IMG/VR virus record: IMGVR_UViG_3300027847_001048
Length of the DNA: 54,848 nucleotides
Source of the DNA: an uncultured virus (IMG/VR IMGVR_UViG_3300027847_001048)
Lineage: Duplodnaviria > Heunggongvirae > Uroviricota > Caudoviricetes
Strand: one strand, 5' to 3'
A program made the translations under genes and the position numbers. Under the pieces are notes generated by a model. It did not search any database and was not told the origin of the DNA. It saw nothing but the letters and a program-made list of their open reading frames with translations. This document shows, piece by piece, positions 28,501 to 35,812 of the stretch (position 1 is the first letter of the stretch; each line of letters opens with the position of its first letter).

Positions 28501-29099
28501 ACATCAGCGAGGAAGCTATCCGAGGGTTGGCACTGGCTCCGATCCAACCGTTGCTCTCCTTGTTGGGTGAGAAGGACAGCATGAAGGAGTCGATGGAGTA
28601 CATCCGAAAGCTCCAGAAGGCCAACGAGAAGAAGAGCAAGAAGGATGATCCAGGGGCCGCTGATTACGATGAGCCCGCAGTGGTCATCGATACCTGTCAT
28701 GGTTGGAAGGGCTTGGAGACCAAGCATCTCTACGTTCCCATGCCCGAGGGTGTATTCCCGCACGTCAACTCTTCATCGGAAGAGGAACTCGCTTCGGAAC
28801 GCCGCCTTGCCTACGTGGCATTGACCCGAGGCGCGGACAGCGTGACTGTGCTCAATCCAATGGAGTCCCACATCGGACGGCCTGCGGGTGTCTCCCGGTT
28901 CGTGGAAGAAGCCTGCATCAAGCCTGCCGGTAGTAACGATGAGACTTCAGAAGCCCTGGAACACGCAAAGACGGCATCCCTTTCGTCTGACCTGGGCTAT
29001 GGCCCCGGGTTCTTGGAGTCCATTCACAACGGAGCCGGGGACGAGCCGGAAGGGTTAGCCAACGGCTACGCATTGGAAGCGCAGTGGGGTGAGGCATGA
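25599..29099 (+). CDS. uvrD: UvrD/PcrA-family SF1A DNA helicase with N-terminal extension and internal insertion
   Basis: AGAGSGKT, ILVDEAQD, IGDDKQAIYEFRGA, NYRS, KGLE, ERRLAYVALTR. Confidence 0.92.
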   Translation: MAGKRQTTINRFTDLCAFWVGYTDFFDWVLELDDEGQLKIKAFSPAEQKAIHKHVGTAQKILKLVGNQLDEGMELYVGPLLEQRGITINKGRYTRAMKPGPPKDTALTKASFLEYLFGKLGAKQQILNEMFGGKALKPARAIANLVKDESPTSRINKLAALAPVSGWTLGKKWLAKAAEICGVPISDVESAVIDAQSAQDLGSALKELQGRLDTLDPTDAEAVALEQTKQELISRIDKLDGDSQLPDGTVKGQAAAAAVAGPRNYRTKIGAERTLSPDQEDAMLVRGRSVIAAGAGSGKTRVLAAKVVYHMRELGLRPGQIVATSFSKKSAEELKSRIRKFGGDIDKGDDGMGTTHSISLGLLREYAPAIGKKKILDSATPIIKMAREQVQMRGQARSGAPEPEGMFDGLYGSAGIYEQADEAPIEGDDKQVQFINTLKAILDMVDWAERQYGASNWMRSRRKLLEPMISGNISLDELDAGTKRKIQEWMDKGATAKKLQRDPEKYLTKLGAQKTAAYGPKTQINYYKDPANQWWNMGMEVVDSNGRAIGAKRFGTAISKYRADLITPSQAWAQDKNVFAAVYCAYEWIRKNDAAYANTIDFDDMLAECCKMLVANPKTLKTLQQKFKCILVDEAQDLNKAQHLLFGMLAGYIDPKTQEPYGDGRMTADTYCFIGDDKQAIYEFRGADPERFIEKSDLVEGGEGFETKILKTNYRSGEAIVDAANRLIAHNTKQIPMVCEANPPRGQGVISNVIVGDHMEGANLTANEIEDTMKVGGHTYDDFGVAVRTNAEALAFGVELIKRGIPFRSKMNFFTDHTTKALVAWLQLAEAEMSDTKVINAAVLACHRTPKFGLDRTFNSGLERLAKGQNYLQYLISSKGDLRYEEGPYTGRAAWKNKKNVLPYVEVLESVFALSGTPQEVLQDILQIKGISFQRGKAGKSIIEALIDNVKGSPDAMDLLSEETESGDISEEAIRGLALAPIQPLLSLLGEKDSMKESMEYIRKLQKANEKKSKKDDPGAADYDEPAVVIDTCHGWKGLETKHLYVPMPEGVFPHVNSSSEEELASERRLAYVALTRGADSVTVLNPMESHIGRPAGVSRFVEEACIKPAGSNDETSEALEHAKTASLSSDLGYGPGFLESIHNGAGDEPEGLANGYALEAQWGEA

Positions 29100-29857
29100 A
29101 CGCCAGGGAAGCCGCAGGCACCTACGTTCAACTCTCCCGTGAAGAGTTCCAAGACTGGCTCGATTCCAAGGGCTACCGGGGGAAGTGGAAGATCAAGCCG
29201 GGTACGTCAGGCGTCTATTTGGTGCCCTTGAGTGACACCGTTTGGCTCTACATAAACTCGACTACCGGGAAGCAAGAACAGGTCATGGGCCGGGGCCGTG
29301 CTGCGATGAGCATGATGCTCGTCAGCAGGACCACCGACAAGGTGATCCTTGGCGCACAGAAGCTCATGGGCCAAAAGCACTTCAAGCGAACCCTCAACTG
29401 GAGGGCGACCTGGGGCAAAGGCTTGGATCGAGCCAAGGCCACCTACACGAAGTCCCAGTCGTTCTACGATGCGGTCGCCGAGATTGCCGACCGGGACAAA
29501 TACAAGATCGATATGCTCCACTTGATTGAGAGCGTCGTTGGATGGGATCAAGACTCGTTTCTGCTCGACATGCACAGCAAGGTCAAGCGGGGAGGGATCA
29601 TAACCAAGGGACAGACCGAGACGATTCGGGGAAGGGAGAGCGGGGCACCGATGACGCCCGCACCCGGGCCATCCGTCTCGACCCTCAATGAGATTGAACG
29701 ACTGCGAGAGCTATATGCCGCAGCACGAAGGTCGGATGATGATTGGACAATGACCTTTTCACAATCTCTCGGTGAGCAGCTAAAGCGGGGCCGTCCCCTA
29801 TCACCCAAGCAAGAGAAAGTGCTGAAGGACAAGTACAGGCGTTACAGAATCCAGTGA
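29096..29857 (+). CDS. hypothetical protein
   Basis: ATGA overlap; duplicated F..(D/S)....KRG..(I/L)(T/S)..Q motif near the C-terminus. Confidence 0.75.
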   Translation: MNAREAAGTYVQLSREEFQDWLDSKGYRGKWKIKPGTSGVYLVPLSDTVWLYINSTTGKQEQVMGRGRAAMSMMLVSRTTDKVILGAQKLMGQKHFKRTLNWRATWGKGLDRAKATYTKSQSFYDAVAEIADRDKYKIDMLHLIESVVGWDQDSFLLDMHSKVKRGGIITKGQTETIRGRESGAPMTPAPGPSVSTLNEIERLRELYAAARRSDDDWTMTFSQSLGEQLKRGRPLSPKQEKVLKDKYRRYRIQ

Positions 29858-30105
29858 TACGAGCAGCATTTTACTCATTCTCCATCGGTTTCATTCTCAC
29901 ATTCTCCATCGGCTTCGGCTGCATCAAGACCGTAGAGCCCCCGGTAATCCGAACCTACAACCTCCCAATGCTGGAGGAAGACAGGTTCTTGGATATCGGA
30001 GGGGTCTGTGACACTACTGCCGATTGCAAGGTCGGGGAGTGGTGCAACAAGGGCAAGTGTGAGCAGCAGTGCAAGGACCAAGCATGTGCCGCTTCTGAAC
30101 GGTAG
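29854..30105 (+). CDS. Cys-rich lipoprotein
   Basis: Signal peptide with GFG-C; CDTTADCKVGEWCNKGKC. Confidence 0.65.
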   Translation: MIRAAFYSFSIGFILTFSIGFGCIKTVEPPVIRTYNLPMLEEDRFLDIGGVCDTTADCKVGEWCNKGKCEQQCKDQACAASER

Positions 30106-30144
30106 TCGGCTTATAGTTTCCTTTGAGAGAGATCTCGGAGGTAC

Positions 30145-30423
30145 ATGATGGCGACACGATCCACCACATCTGAATATCAGCCCGCTCCCCCACACAACCG
30201 CCAACAGCGGGGTGGTGGCCGGAAGGCTGGCAAGCAGACCCAGAACGTCAAAGTCCAACGACAGGTAACGGGGGCGAACCGATCTAATGTATCTGGCGCA
30301 CCCCTTCGTCAACTGGATGCGACGGCCAACTGGGTGCAGCATGACCGGGAAGGGCAGTCGGTCGGGGTATCTGCGGCCCGTAACGTAACTGTTCATCCAA
30401 GCATCAACGTCACCTCCGAATAG
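30145..30423 (+). CDS. hypothetical protein
   Basis: GGAGG RBS; preceded by a class II variant at 30103-30131. Confidence 0.65.
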   Translation: MMATRSTTSEYQPAPPHNRQQRGGGRKAGKQTQNVKVQRQVTGANRSNVSGAPLRQLDATANWVQHDREGQSVGVSAARNVTVHPSINVTSE

Positions 30424-30435
30424 AGTGCAGACCAC

Positions 30436-30464
30436 TATTCCCTCTATGCAAGGCTCAAGATAGA
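30436..30464 (+). promoter_or_regulatory. class II promoter-like motif
   Basis: TA-ttccctc-TAT-N12-ATAGA. Confidence 0.55.
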
Positions 30465-30509
30465 GCCCGAAGACCGGAAGTAAGGTCTATTGATAGGAGT
30501 GCTACTCAA

Positions 30510-31358
30510 ATGAAGCCGTCCACACAGCGAATCGCATACAGACATCTCTTGAAGTCCACCAAGACCGCAGGCCCGGGGCTGCCCCAAGAGGGTGATATTC
30601 TCCGAGCGAAGCCCCGAAGGATGCCCAACTTTGAGAAGTGGTTGAGCCAAGCAACTGATAGAGACAAAGCCTTCCCTGGCACCGGCCCAGATCTAAAGCG
30701 GATCTATGGGCATATTGCGTTTGCGATCCAAGAATACTACGAGATGGGGCAGTCGAGTAACCCAAAAGGTCTGGTCAGTGATGTGGAAGCAACCCTTTAC
30801 GACATAGACCAGATGGTTGACGTGAACGGGGACGACATCATGCCCTCGTTTCCAAGATCAAAGGTTATGAAGGAACTCTGGGACTGGCACAACGCAGCTT
30901 ATCGGAACGTCTTGCCCGAAAACGATCTGCGACTTCAGAAGAAAGCCGCAGGCGGCAAGGCCCGTGCGGAGATCCATATCCGGCGAGGCAACTTATTCTT
31001 TTTCCTGTCTTCCCATATCGAGAAGGCGAAGCCTCCGATCAACGAGTACATCCAATATCATTCCGTCGATCAGGACTACAAAGCCCTAATGAAGATGGTG
31101 GGTAAGGCGAAAAAGGCTCTTGCAGGCATGAAGCGGGTGGACCTTGGGAAGCTCCTCGATGTTGGGCCAATCGGTCCAACCGTTCAGACAAGCCCGAACG
31201 AAGTGTTTACATGGTTGGATCTCGGGGACGCTGCCGTGCTGAACCCCGGCAACGATGGCGAAGTCGGTCAACGAACCGAACTGATCGGTCTCGATGCCGC
31301 TATCCCAGACATCATCAAGGCTCTTGAAGGTATCGGCATCCCGGTACAGGTCAAATAG
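30510..31358 (+). CDS. tag A-bearing hypothetical protein
   Basis: MKPSTQRIAYRHLLKSTKTA; AGGAG RBS. Confidence 0.8.
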   Translation: MKPSTQRIAYRHLLKSTKTAGPGLPQEGDILRAKPRRMPNFEKWLSQATDRDKAFPGTGPDLKRIYGHIAFAIQEYYEMGQSSNPKGLVSDVEATLYDIDQMVDVNGDDIMPSFPRSKVMKELWDWHNAAYRNVLPENDLRLQKKAAGGKARAEIHIRRGNLFFFLSSHIEKAKPPINEYIQYHSVDQDYKALMKMVGKAKKALAGMKRVDLGKLLDVGPIGPTVQTSPNEVFTWLDLGDAAVLNPGNDGEVGQRTELIGLDAAIPDIIKALEGIGIPVQVK

Positions 31359-31367
31359 GAGTCTTTC

Positions 31368-32183
31368 ATGGCTGTTCCTTCCCATATCCGAGTTGCATAC
31401 CGCTACCTCACTGCACGTAGCCCCGGCTTGAACAAACGAGTCTTGGGCCAACTCATTGAGATGGAAGCAGAGTCGCTTTCGGGCGAAGGCTTGACCATTT
31501 ACGACATTCCACGGGATGTGCTGACCGAAGCCTCCCAGTACAGCGGGGCCGTATGGAAGGCACTCAGCAGTTGGGCGAAGGCGGTCCCCGAGACATTCGA
31601 CGGTCCAAACTGGGATATGGGAATCAGTCCCAGAGAGATTGCCGATACCTTGATGGAAGAAGAAGCGGCCTACCTGTATTTCATGGAGGCTGAAGGGCAC
31701 GGGGTTGGTACTTGGGATGGCCGATGGGACCGTCTTGTAACGTCAGACAAACACCTCAAAGCTCTTTCTAAAGACGTTGCAAAACGTACTTCTCGACAAC
31801 AGGGCAAACTGAAAGACGCTATCTTCAATGCTGCCAATGAGTTGGTTGAGTCGCACAAGACAGCCTCCAAGCAAGCCTCCGCTTACGACGAGATGATGGG
31901 GCGGTTCGACAAGGGCGAGTCAGGCATCCTCTTTACGTCCAAGAACAAGCAGCTTGAGGTCTTCCCCAAGAACGGAAAGAACTTCAACCTCGCCGAAGCC
32001 CAGAAGCATGTCGGGGGTTACGTCCAACTCGTTTACGCACGGGTCATGGGTAAGAAGGCTCTGATCCTCATGGACGAAGAGGGTCAACTGAAGGGACAGA
32101 CGCTCAATCGAGGTGCCTCCCAGTTGGCAAATATGCCGCTGGTCGGTGATGTCCTTTTCTGCCGATCCAAGATGTTCAAGTGA
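31368..32183 (+). CDS. tag A-bearing protein with C-terminal DUF3846-like domain
   Basis: MAVPSHIRVAYRYLTA; AQKHVGGYVQLV..DEEG.LK...N..AS..LVGDV. Confidence 0.75.
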   Translation: MAVPSHIRVAYRYLTARSPGLNKRVLGQLIEMEAESLSGEGLTIYDIPRDVLTEASQYSGAVWKALSSWAKAVPETFDGPNWDMGISPREIADTLMEEEAAYLYFMEAEGHGVGTWDGRWDRLVTSDKHLKALSKDVAKRTSRQQGKLKDAIFNAANELVESHKTASKQASAYDEMMGRFDKGESGILFTSKNKQLEVFPKNGKNFNLAEAQKHVGGYVQLVYARVMGKKALILMDEEGQLKGQTLNRGASQLANMPLVGDVLFCRSKMFK

Positions 32184-32226
32184 TTAGATGAGAGATAGGC
32201 GCAGTTAGCAGACGCAGGAGCGTGAG

Positions 32227-32442
32227 ATGCCTCTATGGAAGCATCCAACAACAGTAGGTGAGACTTATTGGCGGCACATGAAGTACGCCCTTGGGTTGAG
32301 TTACTTCTTCTTCAGGGCTTCACTACAAGCCTTCGTCCACGCCTTCCTTCCTGATCTCAAGCAAAACGAACGCTACGATCTAATGGGTACTGCCGAGTAC
32401 ACAATGTATGAGGCCCTGCGAAGACCCGGGGAAAAGGGATGA
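32227..32442 (+). CDS. DUF6356-like small protein
   Basis: HP..VGETY..H...A..VHA..P. Confidence 0.65.
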   Translation: MPLWKHPTTVGETYWRHMKYALGLSYFFFRASLQAFVHAFLPDLKQNERYDLMGTAEYTMYEALRRPGEKG

Positions 32443-33044
32443 CTATGCACAAGGCACTTGCTCTGTGGGCGGCTGGCATCCTCTTGGTTGCGTTCTCCGT
32501 TGCAGCCCAACCCGCTGACAACCCGCAGACCTGTGAGTGGACCGAAGCCCTCTCCGGTCGGTTCTACGTGGAACCCCGAGCGGCATGGATCGACGCTGGC
32601 CTTATCTCTGTCGTCATTGACCAAGCCCACTGGCGGCTTGAGATCGAGAGCAAGCTGGAGAACGGCAAACCTGTCAGTGCCATCTGCGATACACGACCAA
32701 ACAAACGACCCGAAGGGGCGGGCACTTGCTTGAACGACCGGGTGGGGCCGACAAACGTCCTGGGTAGCACCCGCAAGCTGGTCTTGGATGAGTTCGTGAA
32801 GGCCAACCTTTTACCGGCCAAGCGGTCTTCCAATGCTATGCCAAAAGAACTCTACGACGAAGGGGCTTGGAGGCAAATGGTAGGCCAAGCCTTGCAACGC
32901 CGCTTCGAGGGAACCCAAGAGTTCTGCCAAGTACGGCTCGTTATCCGTACAAAGCGGTTCGAGCTTGCCCTGCAAGGTGATCTAAAGTGGTGGGACGAGC
33001 AGGTCATCGTCTTCCCTGACGGCGGTGGAGAGTGCTGTCGATGA
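32439..33044 (+). CDS. secreted hypothetical protein
   Basis: N-terminal signal peptide. Confidence 0.65.
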   Translation: MTMHKALALWAAGILLVAFSVAAQPADNPQTCEWTEALSGRFYVEPRAAWIDAGLISVVIDQAHWRLEIESKLENGKPVSAICDTRPNKRPEGAGTCLNDRVGPTNVLGSTRKLVLDEFVKANLLPAKRSSNAMPKELYDEGAWRQMVGQALQRRFEGTQEFCQVRLVIRTKRFELALQGDLKWWDEQVIVFPDGGGECCR

Positions 33045-33286
33045 GAAGATGGGCTGTCCCGATGGCGTTTGTAACGTCTGTCTGGGCTGTGGTTATGGTC
33101 CACGCATTAGTCTGCCCCTCAAGTGAGGCAACCGGCATGACGAATCTCCAATACATCGGCATCGGCATCGGCGTATTTATTGCGGGTGCCAGCTTCGGAC
33201 TCTTTCTTCGGTGGGTGGTTCCGGCAACCCAAAAATACTTGAAGACCTTTAGCGAGGCTATGCGCCAAGCAGCCGGGGGTAAGTAA
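33041..33286 (+). CDS. small membrane protein
   Basis: Two hydrophobic segments; ATGA overlap. Confidence 0.55.
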   Translation: MRRWAVPMAFVTSVWAVVMVHALVCPSSEATGMTNLQYIGIGIGVFIAGASFGLFLRWVVPATQKYLKTFSEAMRQAAGGK

Positions 33287-33302
33287 TCCAATCTAATCCC
33301 GT

Positions 33303-33331
33303 TAGCCGTTCTATGGTTTCCGTTTAGTAGA
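33303..33331 (+). promoter_or_regulatory. class II promoter-like motif
   Basis: TA-gccgttc-TAT-ggtttccgttta-GTAGA. Confidence 0.6.
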
Positions 33332-33356
33332 AGCTAATAGTACGGGATGGGAGAAA

Positions 33357-34331
33357 ATGGACCGAGCGGTTAGAGTCATCTACGGACCGACCGGTGGCCG
33401 CTTCCCTTTCATGTCAGGTGTAATCGACGCTGTTGAGTCATTCTTATCAGATAACGACATAAGCATTTACGACAGGATTGGGGTTTCGGGCGGGTCGCTG
33501 ACGGCAGCAATCAAAGCCAGTGGAACGCCGTTCCCTGAATGGATGGCTTCCGCATCCTCTCTACGACACGAAGTCGAGATCGGCGGCAGCAAGAGTCGCT
33601 TACTGAAGAATCTTTGGTGGTTCGCCAGTTCCGGTGGCCTCCTAAACTCCAAGGTCGTTCTAAAACGCATGTTTCATCAGGTCGCCCCCCGACCTCCACA
33701 AGACGCCCCTTGCTATGCGGTCTCTTGGTGTTCCTCTGCTCGTAAGGGCGTTGCGTTCTCCTTGGGAGAGGACTTGGACATAGCGACGTGTCTATTAGCC
33801 TCATGTGCTCTTCCTTTTGCCTTCTCCCCCGTCAGGGTTCTGAACAAACGGCTCCCGTTGCGGGTGCAGCAGCTTCTTGGTGTTACCCACAAGCCCAACC
33901 TGCACTCGACCTTCAAGGACGGCGGCTTGGCTTCTGACTGGGTTGGAGATCTTGTACTGGGGACGCCGTTGGATCTTCCGACAGTCGTTGTATCCATCGA
34001 AGGCGACCCACCAAAATCGGGGAACCCCCTGACACGCCTCGCCCTGACAGTCATCAAGAGCAAGACTCTGGACGGCATTGAAAATGCCTCCCGCTCCCGC
34101 CCAGTTCATCTCATCGACATCTCTTGCCCCGCTCCCGTGAACGAGTTTGCAGCCCGCTTCGATATTACGAAAGAAGAAGGGCTGTGGCTCTACGGGATGG
34201 GACTTACCGAAGGACAGAAAGCCATCGTCAGAATGGGTCGAGACATTCTTGCCAGCTTCCCCCGCCTCGCTGATCCAGACCTCACAGATTCCGACAACAT
34301 GATGAGTTCTCCTATACAGGCTTCCTTGTAG
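33357..34331 (+). CDS. patatin-like phospholipase
   Basis: GVSGGS nucleophile elbow, ASCALP and DGG. Confidence 0.85.
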   Translation: MDRAVRVIYGPTGGRFPFMSGVIDAVESFLSDNDISIYDRIGVSGGSLTAAIKASGTPFPEWMASASSLRHEVEIGGSKSRLLKNLWWFASSGGLLNSKVVLKRMFHQVAPRPPQDAPCYAVSWCSSARKGVAFSLGEDLDIATCLLASCALPFAFSPVRVLNKRLPLRVQQLLGVTHKPNLHSTFKDGGLASDWVGDLVLGTPLDLPTVVVSIEGDPPKSGNPLTRLALTVIKSKTLDGIENASRSRPVHLIDISCPAPVNEFAARFDITKEEGLWLYGMGLTEGQKAIVRMGRDILASFPRLADPDLTDSDNMMSSPIQASL

Positions 34332-34395
34332 GAACAGCCTTGTAGGAACAGCCTTGTAGGAAGGGTCATCCAGGGAAAAGAAGGGTCATCCAGGG
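34324..34395 (+). repeat. short tandem/direct repeats
   Basis: CCTTGTAGGAACAG x~2.8, then GAAGGGTCATCCAGGG x2. Confidence 0.9.
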
Positions 34396-34401
34396 GAATC
34401 T

Positions 34402-35082
34402 ATGAGCAAATCGATTCAGCAGATACGTCAAGAGTTGGAAGCGTTCGCCCACGAAGAGTTCGGGGTTCAAATCGTGGCGAAAGAAGACTCCAAGTTCATG
34501 TGGTTCCTCAACTTCTTCGTGAGGCCATTCAACCCCGACTTTATGACGAGGTACATCACAACCATCAGAACGACGGTCTACGGCACACGGACTTGGATGA
34601 AGGACGACGCTGCTGTCGTGCGTGTCCTCGCCCATGAGCTTGTTCACGTATACGACTGGTATCAACTCAAGATCCTGTTCCCCATCCTGTATCTCTTCCC
34701 GCAAATCTTGGTGCTGGGGATGCTCGGGGCGTTCGGAGCCTTTTGGTCCACCACTTGGCTGTGGTGTCTTGCGTTCGGAGTGTTCCTGGCTCCGTTGCCT
34801 GCCCCCTTTAGGGCCTGGGCAGAGTTTCGAGGCTACGCCATGACGATGGCGGTCGAGGTTTGGATGGATGGGAGACGGCTGGATCAGGTTAGCCCTGACA
34901 ACCCACCTAAATGGATTGCCCAGAACTTCGTAGGACCAGACTACTACTTCATGTGGCCGTTCCCCAAGAACACCGCCAACCGGTTGACTGGCTGGCTCTG
35001 GATCATCAAGTCAGGGCAGTACCCAGATTACGTCTCTATCGCCAATCGCATCGAAGAGATCGTCTCCCAAGAGGCTACCTAA
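34402..35082 (+). CDS. membrane-associated zinc metallopeptidase-like protein
   Basis: HELVH plus downstream E (AEFRGY); hydrophobic segments. Confidence 0.65.
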   Translation: MSKSIQQIRQELEAFAHEEFGVQIVAKEDSKFMWFLNFFVRPFNPDFMTRYITTIRTTVYGTRTWMKDDAAVVRVLAHELVHVYDWYQLKILFPILYLFPQILVLGMLGAFGAFWSTTWLWCLAFGVFLAPLPAPFRAWAEFRGYAMTMAVEVWMDGRRLDQVSPDNPPKWIAQNFVGPDYYFMWPFPKNTANRLTGWLWIIKSGQYPDYVSIANRIEEIVSQEAT

Positions 35083-35240
35083 CTGGTGGCCTTGGCTTCT
35101 TCAGCCTGCTTTTTCATCTTACGCATAAGGTCCAAGTATCTCTGTCTCGCTGCATTGGGCTTGGCTTTCTTTATGTCAGCCATGACCCGTACTTTAGGGT
35201 GAGATTTACTGGTCTTGCTCTTGCGGCAGCGACAACCCAT
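35079..35240 (-). CDS. small basic protein
   Basis: MGCRCRKSK..; TAATG overlap. Confidence 0.5.
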   Translation of the reverse strand: MGCRCRKSKTSKSHPKVRVMADIKKAKPNAARQRYLDLMRKMKKQAEEAKATS

Positions 35241-35641
35241 TAGCCACCCGTGCTCGCTCGGATTCGAGCGAAGTGCTCTGTCTGTTGCTTGGACAACAAG
35301 GCAGTTTGTAGGTGGTCCAGGTTCAAAGCCATGAGGGATTTGAGGAAGCTGCATGAAGCAGCGTCTTTGGGTGTACTGATACGATGGAGGTCCAACCCTT
35401 GTTCGGTCTTGTTTATGACCAACTCAAAGGACGTGGCCGCCACCCCCGGTCCTATCACATAGCCGATGAAGAGGAACTGATTGGGTTCCTCCAGGGCAGT
35501 GATTTCCTCGACGGTGATCCGATAGGGGATTGTCACGTCGAAGGTAAACACCGAATCCGCTTGTTTGATGATGGCCGCCAAAGACGGGCGAAGGTCAGGT
35601 CTTTCATACGATAGCTTTATCAGCTTCTCTTTCAGCGTCAT
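35240..35641 (-). CDS. tag B-bearing hypothetical protein
   Basis: MTLKEKLIKLSYERPDLRPSLAAIIKQA; AGGAG RBS. Confidence 0.75.
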   Translation of the reverse strand: MTLKEKLIKLSYERPDLRPSLAAIIKQADSVFTFDVTIPYRITVEEITALEEPNQFLFIGYVIGPGVAATSFELVINKTEQGLDLHRISTPKDAASCSFLKSLMALNLDHLQTALLSKQQTEHFARIRASTGG

Positions 35642-35812
35642 GTCTACTCCTGCTCTCTCACATAGAAGAAAATATCGAAGGGATATTTTCCCACACCCTT
35701 GTTGGACCCGATCCTTGGTGGAGGCCCATGATCTGTCTGGGAAGAGTTCAATGATGGGTCAATCGTCACTTCTTATATAGAGAGGCGCTATCGCCAACAA
35801 TGAGGATGGAAC

